Shown here: piece after piece, positions 33,324 through 45,119 of the stretch
Numbering within the stretch: the first letter of the stretch is position 1
How the letters are laid out: every line of letters starts with the position of its first letter
Origin: Raja brachyura
Taxonomy: Eukaryota
Direction of reading: 5' to 3'
Assembly: GCA_963514005.1 (NCBI GenBank)
Contig: OY740804.1
Span: 2,188,882 to 2,234,000, forward strand
Length of the DNA: 45,119 bases
Made by a program: the position numbers and the translations under genes
Notes under the pieces: model-generated
What the model was told of the DNA's origin: nothing
What the model saw: the letters and a program-made list of their open reading frames with translations, nothing else
The model's database searches: none

Positions 33324-34529
33324 ATGGAAGGGAGAAAATCAAAGAGAGCGGCGGCCAAATCAGCGGCTAAGGACAGCAGCCAACGGAGAACCGCCTCTCC
33401 AGAGCTACAGGTTCTACCTGCAGCTCCCGACTTTTCGGACTTCGAGACCGTTGGTACGCCACGGTCGGGGAAAACTACCCGGAAGTCGGCCGGGGCCGAC
33501 TCAGCGGAGTCCGGTTCCGAGGGCACCCCGCTCGCTGGCAGCGACGGAGGTCGCCTTGACCGCATTGAGCGGATGATGGAGCAGCTGCTCCAACGTGACC
33601 TGCTAAAGCAGGGGCAGGATCACAGTGGGACCCCTAGTAGGCCCACGGCAAGTTCCTTTCGAGGACTGCCTAATGTATCCCCTTCTATACAGGGGAGCAT
33701 TGAGGGTCAGAACTGGGCTGACCCAGAAGAAGGGGAGTTGGCTGAAGCACCTGCAGCGTCAGGGGTGTGTGAAGATTATATGGATGTGGTGAGCAAACAT
33801 GCCATGCCCAACCAGAAGGGCCTACCCATCCACCCCAAGCTGGCTGCCAGCATTGATTATATGGCCACTAACCAACTTCAGGAACAGGCCATCAATGCCA
33901 CAGCAGATAAATATATGGCGCCAGAAAACTGCAAGTCATTAAATGTACCCGCGGTGAACAACCCGATCTGGGGAAACATGAGCCCCTCGAGTAGAGGGCA
34001 GGAGATGAAACTTCAGAAGATCCTGAAGCTCCTAACCGCAGGGATTACTGCAGTAGCCAGAACAGCAGTGGGAGTGGACATGCCGGAAGAACTACAAGAT
34101 GCTTTGGCCTTACTGTGCAACACACAGTATGAAATAAATAATTTCAGGAAAAGCATTATAAAGCCGGCGCTTAACCCCAAGTTCGCGGGGTTGTGTAAGC
34201 CTGGGAAGACGCAGCCTCCAAGCCTGCTATTCGGGGAAGATCTCCCCAAACAGGTTAAGGATCTTGACGAGGAGGCTAAGGCTTTGGGCCTTATTAAAGT
34301 ACCTGGGTACACTAAGCCTCATCACCCACACAGAACGCACCCCTACGCACCCACCGGGCAGAGTTACCCTAACAGGTCTGCCGGTGGTGAAAGCTCGAAG
34401 GCCGGCATACCTGCCCAGCGGTCTTTTTTAGGCCAAGGCCCAGGCCGGCCTCCTTGGAAGATGCGCCACTCCCAGAACACCTACAACCAGCCGAGGAAGC
34501 AAGGGCAGAAACCACCACACCGGCAGTAA
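33324..34529 (+). CDS. DIRS B gag-like ORF1
   Basis: Open ORF from ATG 33324, homologous to element A ORF1. Confidence 0.85.
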   Translation: MEGRKSKRAAAKSAAKDSSQRRTASPELQVLPAAPDFSDFETVGTPRSGKTTRKSAGADSAESGSEGTPLAGSDGGRLDRIERMMEQLLQRDLLKQGQDHSGTPSRPTASSFRGLPNVSPSIQGSIEGQNWADPEEGELAEAPAASGVCEDYMDVVSKHAMPNQKGLPIHPKLAASIDYMATNQLQEQAINATADKYMAPENCKSLNVPAVNNPIWGNMSPSSRGQEMKLQKILKLLTAGITAVARTAVGVDMPEELQDALALLCNTQYEINNFRKSIIKPALNPKFAGLCKPGKTQPPSLLFGEDLPKQVKDLDEEAKALGLIKVPGYTKPHHPHRTHPYAPTGQSYPNRSAGGESSKAGIPAQRSFLGQGPGRPPWKMRHSQNTYNQPRKQGQKPPHRQ

Positions 34530-34531
34530 CC

Positions 34532-36468
34532 ATGGAGGTAGGTGGGTCTGGGATCCCCAAGAACACTACTAACCCAAATTCACTTTGCATAGGGGGCAGG
34601 TTGCACATTGTTCCTCGAGAATTGGCTCACTTTTACCTCTGATCCTTATATACTCAGGAGTATTCAGGGCTACAAAATTGAATTTATTTACGAACTCCCT
34701 ACCCCGGTACAGCATGCACCTAGTCGGAAATTCGTCCTTTCTCATAGAGATAAGGCAGCAGGGCATGCTGAACTACAGAGGTTGATAGAAAAAGGGGTAA
34801 TTGAGAAGGCCTTTAAAGAACCTCAGGAGTTCGTGTCTAATATATTCACTAAAAACAAAAAAGATGGCGGTTGCCGCATCATCATAGATTTGACCGACCT
34901 GAATACTTCTGTCCAGTATATTCATTTTAAAATGGACACCTTCGACACTGCTATTCAGCTTATAGCCAATGGGTACTACATGGCATGCGTTGACCTCAAA
35001 GATGCATACTATTCAGTACCCATACACAAGGATCATAGGAAATACTTAAAATTTATCTGGATGGGACAATTATGGCAATATAAAGCTTTGCCTAATGGGT
35101 TATCGTCAGCACCCAGATTGTTTACCAAGATATTGAAACCAGCCTTGGCCTATTTAAGGAAACAGAATCATACTGTTATGGCCTATCTTGATGACATCCT
35201 CATAGTGGGGGAGAATTTGGAAATGGCTACTTTGGCAGTCACAGCCACGAAACATATTTTTTCAGAAACTGGGGTTTACGATACATCCAGATAAATCAAT
35301 ATTGGAACCCTCTACCACCATGAAATATTTGGGGTTCATTATTGACTCAGTGCAAATGTCTGTCACGTTACCACCAAGCAAGGTGGAAGACCTGATAGAG
35401 GCTTGCAGGAGCCTCATTGGCATTAAGGTCCCATCCATTCGGCAGGTGGCCAGGGTGATTGGGAAGATAGTAGCTGCATTTCCTGCAGCACAATATGGGC
35501 CCTTACATTACCAAAACTTACAAAGAGCAAAAATTACGGCGCTCAAAAATCATGCTGGCCATTTTGATAGGCCCATGAAAATTCCAGAAAAGGCAAAAGC
35601 CGAATTATATTGGTGGATGGGTAATGCCCAAAATTGTTCCAAACCCATAACTATCACCAATCCCTCGATCACCTTACAAACGGATGCCAGTGCCAAAGGG
35701 TGGGGAGCTACTAACACTACCTCTAGCTGTGGAGGTAGATGGAGTGCACCAGAGTTAACCCTATTTAAAAACTTAGGGATTAACTATTCAGAAATGCTGG
35801 CAGCATTTAACGGCCTTAAGGCATACTGCACTAACATGCACAAAGTTCATGTTAGAATACAGATTGACAACACCACGGTGGTAGCCTATATTAACCACAT
35901 GGGCGGTGTAAAGTCGATATCGTGTGATGAATTGGCCAACAATATCTGGTACTGGTGTCTGCAAAGAGAAATTTGGATCTCTGCAACTTACCTTCCAGGT
36001 AAACTAAACACAGTGGCAGACACCAGGTCACGGAAATTCAACGACAACATAGAATGGATGTTGGATCGGAATGTGTTCACAGATATTGTAGAACGTTATG
36101 GGACACCAGATATCGACCTTTTCGCGTCCAGGCTAAATCACCAACTACCAACGTATGTTGCTTGGGAGCCAGACCCGGGGGCAGTAGCGATGGATGCTTT
36201 CTCGCTACACTGGGGGGATTTATTTTGCTACGCTTTCCCCCCTTTCTGCCTCATCAGTCGGGTCTTGCAAAAAATCAAGCAAGACACCGCATCGGGTATC
36301 TTGGTAGTGCCCGACTGGCCTACTCAACCATGGTTCCCTCTGGTACAGAAGATGGCCACAGAACCCTGTATCAGGGTGAATAAAAGACCAAGCCTGCTTG
36401 TTCATCCTGTTACAGGAGAATGTCATCCATGTCATGACCGCATGGATTTGTTAATTTGCAGATTTTAA
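34532..36468 (+). pseudogene. DIRS B pol (RT, RNase H, methyltransferase-like) with two frameshifts
   Basis: Same motifs as element A. Frame changes near 34607 and in the T-run near 35257-35262. Confidence 0.9.
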
Positions 36469-37439
36469 AACGGTCACTTCATGGATTCGGACTCTCCAAC
36501 AGGACCATTGATACCATCACGGGAGCCTGCAGAGAGTCCACAAGGAAGCAGTACCTGACCTACATCAGGAAATGGGAAGGATTCTGCGTGACTACTAAAA
36601 CAACATACGAAACCGCCACCATCATGGAAGTGCTGGAGTTTCTGGCTACCCTTCATTATGATGAGGGTCTAAGCTACAGCGCCATTAACTGTGCCAGGAG
36701 TGCCCTATCGTCTTACTTGGGCAAGGGGAGTGACCAATTGGGAATTGGGTCACATCCCCTAGTATCCAAATTTATGAGGGGAATATTTAATTCTAATCCC
36801 CCCAGGCCCAGATATAGCCATACCTGGGACATCAGCACGGTATTGACGATGCTGCGAGGATGGACACCGAACACGGGACTCCCTTTGACCAAATTAACCT
36901 ACAAAATGGTCATGATAATGGCACTGATCACGGCGCAACGGGTCCAGTCCCTGCACAAACTCAGTCTGGATGCCATGGCAATTACCAGTGGGAAAATCAC
37001 ATTCCAGGTGCAGGGACTATTGAAGCAAGATCGACCCGGAGTGTCTGGACATACTTTGGAGTTCCTGGCTTACCCAGCGGACACCCGTCTTTGTATCGTT
37101 ACATTGATTCTGCGATACATTTCAGTCACTAAAGATCTAAGGGGCACGGAAACAGCTTTGCTTGTCAGTCACAAGAAGCCTCATCACAGGGTCACGGTGC
37201 AAACCATTTCCAGATGGTTAAGGGTGGTACTGGATGCGGCGGGGGTGGATACTAATGTGTACAAATCTCACTCCACCAGGGCAGCATCCACCTCGGCGGC
37301 TAGAAGGATGGAGGTACCACTGGATCACATCCTGGCCACAGCGGGTTGGAACAATGAGAAAACCTTCCACCGCTTTTATAACAAACCCGTGACCTCCCCT
37401 GACAATTATGCAGGGAGGATCTTAAGTGCTGCCAGATAA
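36456..37439 (+). CDS. DIRS B tyrosine recombinase
   Basis: TAQR, HSTR, AGW...TFHRFY; intact. Confidence 0.95.
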   Translation: MQILKRSLHGFGLSNRTIDTITGACRESTRKQYLTYIRKWEGFCVTTKTTYETATIMEVLEFLATLHYDEGLSYSAINCARSALSSYLGKGSDQLGIGSHPLVSKFMRGIFNSNPPRPRYSHTWDISTVLTMLRGWTPNTGLPLTKLTYKMVMIMALITAQRVQSLHKLSLDAMAITSGKITFQVQGLLKQDRPGVSGHTLEFLAYPADTRLCIVTLILRYISVTKDLRGTETALLVSHKKPHHRVTVQTISRWLRVVLDAAGVDTNVYKSHSTRAASTSAARRMEVPLDHILATAGWNNEKTFHRFYNKPVTSPDNYAGRILSAAR

Positions 37440-39531
37440 ATAACCCTTATGGGACACAATATTGTGTTTGGTATGAATAAATACCTGTTTTGTTTTTCAG
37501 CCAGTGTCTTGTCTGAATCACGTCCATCCTCTTATCCCAGCTTTAGCGGTGTGTGAGCATGGAGCTTCCAGGGCATGAAATCACAGAGCTTTGAAATCTT
37601 CACGTAGTCACTCACGTGACTCCGAAGTAAAATAGTAAGATTAAACGAGAACTTACCAGTTTGAAGTTTGATCTTTATTTTATGAGGTGTCACGATGAGG
37701 GATTACGTGCCCTCCGCTCCCGACCCTCTATTATAAAGATCACCTGGTATGAAAGTTCTCTTTTTTCTCTTACTATGTCAGTCATTGTGACTGTTTGTTC
37801 TGTGATTTCACACCACTGCTTTGAAGAATGTCGCGCATGCGTGCTGGCGGGGTCTTCACATAATCCCTCATCGTGACACCTCATAAAATAAAGATCAAAC
37901 TTCAAACTGGTAAGTTCTCGTTTAATCTTACTATTAAAGATAGTCAAAAGCCCATAACTTTTTTTTTAAATTAAGAGAGCTGAGTGAATTTTTCAGTTTT
38001 TATAGATTGAAGCATTCTGAAACAAATATGAAACACTCTTACTTGGATGACCTGAAATTAAAACATATAATTAGTTAGTTACCTAATTGTAGCTAATTAC
38101 AGAATTCAATTACTAGATCTAAACATCTATCCATTTCTTAAGAAAAGGTTAACATTTAAAAAAAAGCCTAAGTGTCCAGATAACATTCATACAAGAATTC
38201 ACAATATAACATGATTTTTTAATCTCATTGTTATGAATTTATAGGTCAAATGGAAGGAATTTAGTGTTTAATTCCCGTAAATTAATGGCCATTTAAATCA
38301 ACTTGCGAGTGGGTTTTTGTGGAACGCGATGGATTGGAACATTGCGGTTTGCGGTGAATTTAACACCCAGTCGGCAGGAAAAATACTGCCAGTTCGTATA
38401 TTTTTAAAGACACCTTTTCGCAACATGAAATTTTGATTAAAGGCTTCCTAAGAAGCACGTTTTTATGTAAAAATAAACCGTGTACTTTCTTTTGCCCCTA
38501 CGTAAGATCTGTCCCGTTGTCGGCGTTCACGGATTTAGAAGATGATTTTTAATTCACTCTAGCAATTAAATTATTCAGCGCAGTTTAAAAATACCTCCAT
38601 AAAACAAATGTCGGAGCGATTTCTCTTCAGCAATTAAATCCCCTGAGATTAATCGATTTGAATGATCTGGAGTAAACGGCATTTAAAACCCACCCCCCTC
38701 TCAAAGGCACCAAAGTCGCGCACACGGGCAGTGAAAGAACTGCAGCGCCGCTGAAGGTAAGCTTTGTAACATACATAGTCAGTGTGTGTCAGTGGGTGAG
38801 AGTGTGTGTGTGGGCCGAATAGCCTACTCTCGTACCTATTTTTTTCTAACTCCACACATAGACAGCTCCAGTAGTCAGGATTGAACCCGTATCTCTGGAG
38901 CTGCGAGGCAGAGGCTCGACCCGCTGCACGGCTACATTCTCTGGAGCATTTGCTGGAATGGTCGCCTGTTTCCTGGCCTGTTGGTTCCCTTGCCCACCGC
39001 CACCACCACAGTCTTCACCCAGAGAAGAAGTGGCACGGTGGTGCAGCGGTAGACACACCACTTGCGTGTCTTACAGCGCCATAGACCCGGCTTCCATCCT
39101 GACCTCGGGTGCTGTCTGCACAGAGTTTACACGTTCTCGCTGTGACTGCGTGGGTTTTCTCCGGGTGCTCCGGTTTCCTCCCACATTCTAAAATCACACA
39201 GGTTTGTCAGTTAATTGGCTTCTGTAAATTGTAAACTGGCCCTAGTGTGTTGGATAGTGCTAGTGTACGGGGTGATCGCTAGTCGGTGTGGACTCGATGA
39301 GCCGAAAGGCCTGTTTTCGCGCTGTATCTCTATAGACTAGAGGTGAAAATACAATGACCAATGAATGTTTAGGGTGGCCAATCACATACTACTCTTGTGT
39401 TTCTTACCCCACGAGCATTAGGGTCAAGTAGGGTCAGTATGGACTTGTTGGGCTGAAGGGCTGGTTCTGAGCTGTATGACTCGATGCCCACTATAGAGTG
39501 TGAGGTCGGTAACCAGTCTCACCTTCTGCCA

Positions 39532-42500
39532 CTAAGGCCAGTTGCAGCATTTACAGGATGAGTCGAAGACCAATCCTGCGGCACAGCTCTTCACGTAGGT
39601 CCGACCATCATCGCACTGGTAGAACTTGTTCTTGTTCTTGGGATCGGGGAAGGTACCATTCGCTTTGCCCTGACAGAAGCCACTGCCTCCACTGCTGCCT
39701 CCACCACCGCTGCCTCCACCACCGCTAGGAGCATCAGTAGGTGGGACCGCCGGCTTCAATGTTGTCTTGGATGGGACGCAAGCTGCAAAGAAACACAGTT
39801 GGTTATGTTCTCCTAAAGTCTTAGGAGAATTAGGCGATTTGGCCCATTGACTTACTCCACCATTCAATCATGGTTGATCTATCCCACCCTCTCAACCCCA
39901 TTCTCCTGCCTTCTCCCCATAAACCCTGACACCCGAACTAATCAAGAATCTGTCCATCACTGCCTTAGAACGCAGGTCCACAAAGTATGAATATCCCAGT
40001 CAATGGGATTATGCCACTGAACCCCCCTCTCACCAACTCCAGAGTGGTCCTGACCTCACATCTACCCCAGATGCTGGTCTATAAAAAGAGACACAATGTG
40101 CTGGAGTAACTCAGTTGCTTGTTCTCTATACCCACCACTCCATGTGTGTAAAACGTAGCTATCACACCTAGTCTTACCACTATCTGCCTCCACCACCCCC
40201 GGTAGCGTGTTCCAGGCACCCACCACCCTCTGTGTGAAAGACTGGTCCTGCACATCTCCATTACCTGCAGAGATGCCAAGGCCAGAGTGCAGAGTGTTGA
40301 TGAGGGGGTAGGGTCCCTGGTGACAGAAGGCACCAGAGAAGTCATCCAGAGCCAGATCCCAGACCATAGCTCCTCCATAGTTGTTCTTCTTCAGCCACTC
40401 AACCTGAAAGAAACGGTTCACATCTTTACACCAAAATCCTTCAGTCAATAATGGTGTCTATGATGCGCCGTAGAAAGCTTTTTATCGGCATTCAACACAG
40501 CACGGTTTGGGAATGGCTCCATCCAAAACCCGCAGGAAATTGCAGGGAGTTGCTGACGCAGCCCAGACCATCACGTAAACCAACCTCCCTTCCATTGACT
40601 CCATCTACACCTCGCGTTGCCTCAGCAAGGCCACCAGCATAATCGAGGACCAGTCTCACCCCAGCACCAGAGAAATAAAACGGAAATTCCAAGTTTCCCC
40701 GATGTGAATCCTAACCCCTTTCTCCTGCTTTCTCCCCATAACCCCTGATACCTGAACACCATGAGTTTATGGTGAGCTGGAAATATTTTGTAGAATGTAA
40801 TGATTCCAAGGATTTTGAAGCATAATTCTGGAGCTCACTGTTGGAAACTCTGCAGTAGATATTGAGATAAACAAAACCTCGATGGTTCATGTGGAAAGGG
40901 TGGAACTTCGATGGTCAGATGTACCTTGTCTCCGAAGCTCTTGATGTTGTCATAGCCGACCCATATTCCATTCTTGAAGGCGTACGGGGTGTCCTGTGGG
41001 GCGTTCCATTCGGCGGTGGCACCATTCAGGAACCCGCAGATCTGTCCAGAGAAGGAGATGTTAGGGACCAATCTTGTCGAAGTGGAAAAAAATCATGAGA
41101 GGAACCGATCAGGTAGATGCAAAGTGTCTCTTGCCCAGAGTCGGGGAATCGAGAACCAGAGGACATAAGGTGAGGGAGAAAGATTTAATAGGAACGGTAC
41201 CGGCTTGAAGGGCAGAATGGCCGACTCCTGCACCTATTGTCTATTAAACCTGAGGGGTAACGATTTGACACCGATGGTAGTGGGTGTATGGAACAGATGG
41301 GTGGAGATAGTGACAAAAGCTGGAGGGGAACAGGAGACAAAATAGTGTCAGATACTGATAGAAGAGGAACAGAGAGATGTGCAAAGAGAGGAGGAAAGAG
41401 ATATGTGAAGAGAAGGGAGAAAGACATGAAAGAAGGATAGAAAGAGGAGAGGAGGGAAAGATATATAAAGAGAGGAAAGAGAGATATGTCCAGAAAGAGG
41501 AGGAGAGAGATGTAAAGCGCGAGGGAGGGATGTGGAGAGAAGGAGATAGCGGGGAGGGCAAATAGGAAGGGGAGGATAGAAGGTAAATGGGGATCTCTGA
41601 GAGAAGAGGAGGGGAACGGAGAACGTGGGTGTGCGATGTTTCGGATGGAGATCCTTCCTCATGTGTCCATCTATGTTGTGTGTGATTATTCAGTATTGGA
41701 TTGGAAGATAACATTGAGTAAAGGGCCACGCTGTTGGATTGGTCGGTAGGTACAGTACCTCATAGTAGGCCAGGAAGCCGGCTTGGCGGGTGAATTTGCC
41801 GGCTGGTCCAGCGCCTCCTGCTGGGGCACCCACGGCCGTGCTGGACGAGGTCAGTCTGAAGGTGTGTCCGTAGGTGGGGAAGCCCATATTCAACTTGTCC
41901 ACTGGAGCCCCCTTGCTCTTCCAGTAGTTCATGGCATATTCCTGCAGGGACACAGTTGGCATCAAAGGACTTGAGGCTCATGTTTAACATTAGGTTTATT
42001 ATTGTCACGTGTACCGAGGCACAGTGAAAAGCTTCCAAACAGATCAGATAATACCGTACATAAATACAATTAAGTCAAACTCAGGTACAATAGATAGAAC
42101 AAAGGGGAAGGTACAGAGTGCAGAATATAATTCTCAGTATCGTAGTGCATCAGTTCCACAGACAAAGTCCAATGTCCGCAATGGGGTAGAGGTGAATCGG
42201 ACAGTACCCTAGCTTATGGAACAACTGATCAGAAGCCTGATAGCAGAGGGCACGGAGCTGTTCCTGAGTCTGGTGGTGCGCGCTTTCAAGCTTCTGTACC
42301 TTCTGCTAGACAGGACCAGGGAATGACCGGGGTGGGACAAGTCTTTGATTCTGTCGGCTGCTTTTCTGAGGCAGCGTGAAGTGTAGATGGAGTCAATGGT
42401 GGGGAGTGGGGTCTGTGTGATGGACTGGGCTCCATCCACAACTCTCTGCAATTTCTTGTAGTCTTGGGCTCAGATCTGTTCCCAAACCTAGTTGTGATGC

Positions 42501-44819
42501 AACCCCACTGCCTGCCCTCCGATGTATTTTTTTTGAGCACTTACCACATTGAAGTGGGTGTTGGTGTAATCGTTGTCATTAGGCAGGGCATAGAGGGGGC
42601 TGTTCTCTCCAGTAACGTGGCTCCAGGGACCATAGAAATCGTAGGTCATCACGTTGAAGAAATCAACTACCCTGCAAGAGAGGAGACCGGGTCACCCTGA
42701 TACTCCATGCCCCAAATTAACATCAGAACACAGAACAGTACAACACGTGAACAGGCCCTTCTACCCACAATGTCCGTGCCAAACATGACGGCAAGATAAA
42801 CTCATCTCCTCTGTCTGCACGTGATCCGTATCCCTCCATTCCCTGCATATCCACGCGCCTATCCACAAGCCTCTTAAACACCACGATCGTATCTGCCTCC
42901 ATCACCACCCCTGGCAGCGCGTCCCAGGCATCCACCACCTTCTGTGTGTAAAAAAAACATGCACATCTCCTTTAAACTTGAACATGGTGCCAAGTCCATC
43001 ACTTATCTACATGCACATCACCAACATCCCTCCATGCCCGGCATTATCATGTGCCCATCTAAAGGTCTTTTAAATGCACTAATGTATCTACTTCAACCAC
43101 CACCCCAGCAGGTTCTGGCTGTCTACCCTATCTATGCCTCTAGTAATTGATAAACTTCTATCAAGCCTCTCCTCAACCTCTGATGTTCCAGAGGAAACAA
43201 TGCAAGTTTGTCCAACCTCTCCCTGTAGCTAATCCACTCTAATCCAGGCAACGTTCTGGTAAATCTCCTCTGCACCGTCTCCAAAGCCTCCACATCCTTC
43301 CTGTAATGGAGACAACCAGACCTGCACGCAATGCTCTAAATACCTCCTGGCTAAAGACCGACAGAGCTGCAAGTTGGCTTCCTGACTCTCACGCTCAATG
43401 CGCTGACCGATGAAGGCATTGAATGCATTAGGGTTGTGGATGGATCTCAATCAACGTGCTGGAAGCTCCCACCATTGAAATTCTGGAGCGATGAAAAACT
43501 AGTTCAAATACGACGTCAAACTGGCTAAACTCCCGAGATGAAAGCCCACAGGAAAAGTTGGGTTTCTTTGTGTGTAGAAGGACACTCACTTGCCGAGCTG
43601 AGGAACCTCGTAGCCAGTATCAATGTTGCTCATCCCACCAGCAACGGCAGCTGAGAGCAGCAAGCGTGGCTGTCCTGTGCTTTTCCCCTCGGCCTCGAAG
43701 GCAGCCATCAGCTCCTGTGGGTCAGAGAGATCGAGGGCTCCTTTAGCAAGAGGTCAAGTCTAGTCTTAGCAAGGGTCCCGACCCGAAATGTCATCTATAC
43801 TTTTTCCCCAGAGATGCTGCCTGACCCGCAGTGTTACTCCAACACTTTGTGTCAATTTCAAGTTTGGTTTAGTTTGGTTCAGAGATGAAGCGTGGAAACA
43901 GGCCCTTCGGCCCATCGAGTTCACGCCGACCAGCGATTATCCTTTCACTCTAGTTATATCCTACATACTTGGGACAATTTACTGAAGCCAATTAACCTAC
44001 AAACCCACACATATTTGGATTGCGGGAGGAAACCAGATCACCTGAGGTCACGGGGCGAACGTACAAACTCCGTACAGACAGCATCCATGGTCAGGATTGA
44101 ACCCGCGTCTCTGGCGCTGTGAGGCAGCAACTCTACCCCTGCACCACCGTATCGCCCAAGAGTGGGGAAGAAACCTTTTAATCCCCACTCAAAATGGTGC
44201 TTGGTTCAAATTTTATTAAATTCTTAATTTCTGAATTCTTAAATTCCTTTGTGTAATCTGTGAAAATCTGTCCTTGGTGATCTTGACAATAAGGTTGCAT
44301 TTATTGGATAAATTTGCAAGTCATAGAGCTATGTGGCGTGACAACAGACCCTTTGGCCCAACCTGCCCGCACCGACCAATGTGTCCCATCTACACTAGTC
44401 CCACAAAGTGCTGGAGTAACTCAGCGGGTCAGGCAGCATCTGTGGAGAACATGGATAGGTGACGTTTCACAGAGTGCTGGAGTAACTCAATGGGTCAGGC
44501 AGCATTTGTGGAGAACATGGATAGGTGACGTTTCACAGAGTGCTGGAGTAACTCAATGGGTCAGGCAGCATCTGTGGAGATAAAGGATGGGTTTGGCCTG
44601 CGTTTGGCCCATTTATTTTAACGAAACCCATAGTGAGATGTACTTGACCGCACCTGAGCCAGGACAGTGTAGAGGTGCTTGTCAACAGGGGGACTTCCTC
44701 GAGATCCAGGATATTCCCAATCGATGTCCAGACCGTCAAAGCCGTACCCTCTCAGGAAGGCGATGACTGACTTGATGAAGATTTGCCGAGTTCCTGATGA
44801 GGCGACCATCGCGGTGAAT
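39532..44819 (-). CDS. chia: GH18 acidic chitinase-like gene, 3' seven exons (5' exons outside the window)
   Basis: GT-AG exons in compatible phase: 44654-44819, 43590-43714, 42545-42671, 41759-41941, 40925-41041, 40265-40403, 39532-39782. Catalytic [33 protein letters not shown], a Gly/Ser linker and a 6-Cys CBM14 ending CKCCNWP. The exact paralogue is uncertain. Confidence 0.92.
41330..41620. repeat. Purine-rich low-complexity tract
   Basis: Strongly A/G-rich; a pyrimidine-rich tract also occurs at 20490-20665. Confidence 0.8.
44402..44580. repeat. 66-bp tandem repeat (~2.7 copies) of Penelope-like terminal sequence
   Basis: CACAGAGTGCTGGAGTAACTCAATGGGTCAGGCAGCATCTGTGGAGAACATGGATAGGTGACGTTT repeated. 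Confidence 0.75.
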
Positions 44820-45119
44820 CTGCAGGAGGGGTGAATGTGGGGAGAGGAGTTAGAAATGAAATGTGCCGGAGACACGAGGAACGGCCGCTGTACTCAGTGA
44901 CCCAGTGACTCTGCTGTTATATCCTATCATGTACAGATTCACCCAAGCCTTTGTTAAATGCTCAAGTGTTTAGTAAATTACTCCTTTCTCCTGTTATCAT
45001 CTGAAGTTTCATGTGAAATTATTCTTTTTGAAAATAATGTTTAGTTTAGTTTAGAGATACAGCGCAGAAACAGGCCCTTCGGCCCACCCAGTCCGCACCG
45101 ACCAGCGATCCCCGCACAC

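Larger units (their letters stand above)
33154..37935 (+). mobile_element. Full-length DIRS1-like retrotransposon (element B, different subfamily)
   Basis: Left ITR 33154, ICR 37597-37709, right ITR ~37828-37935. Termini are very similar to element A; internal DNA is clearly diverged. Confidence 0.95.
32953..38777 (+). mobile_element. AT-rich MITE copy 2, split by DIRS element B
   Basis: 32953-33153 plus 37936-38777 align with 1209-2183. Same ends; flanks GTCGATG / GTCAGTG. Confidence 0.8.

Noticed and set aside
39675-39730. [10 protein letters not shown] as a synthetic linker
   Set aside because: It lies in the natural Gly/Ser-rich hinge of acidic chitinases, inside a normally spliced exon.

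Overview
This is vertebrate genomic DNA; the repeat content (V-SINE/HE1-like SINEs, CR1, Rex/Babar, Penelope ends) suggests a skate, ray or shark (inference). The right end holds the 3' seven exons of an intact minus-strand GH18 chitinase with a C-terminal chitin-binding domain (chia-like). Two full-length DIRS1-type tyrosine-recombinase retrotransposons are present: one nested in a degenerate Gypsy LTR element, the other in a ~1 kb MITE. The left end has an internally deleted THAP-encoding P-superfamily transposon. The most striking feature is a cluster of four paralogous two-exon genes (6115+, 21877-, 25540+, 28221+). Each has one coding exon encoding a near-invariant signal peptide plus propeptide ending in R-x-x-R|Q, followed by a highly divergent single V-type Ig domain with two extra cysteines and no transmembrane segment. 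Promoters and introns are far more conserved than the Ig domain, and domain relationships disagree with intron relationships. This suggests a rapidly diversifying, shuffled family of small secreted Ig proteins. One copy is intact, two carry nonsense codons, and one is 3'-truncated. All identity figures are by-eye estimates.
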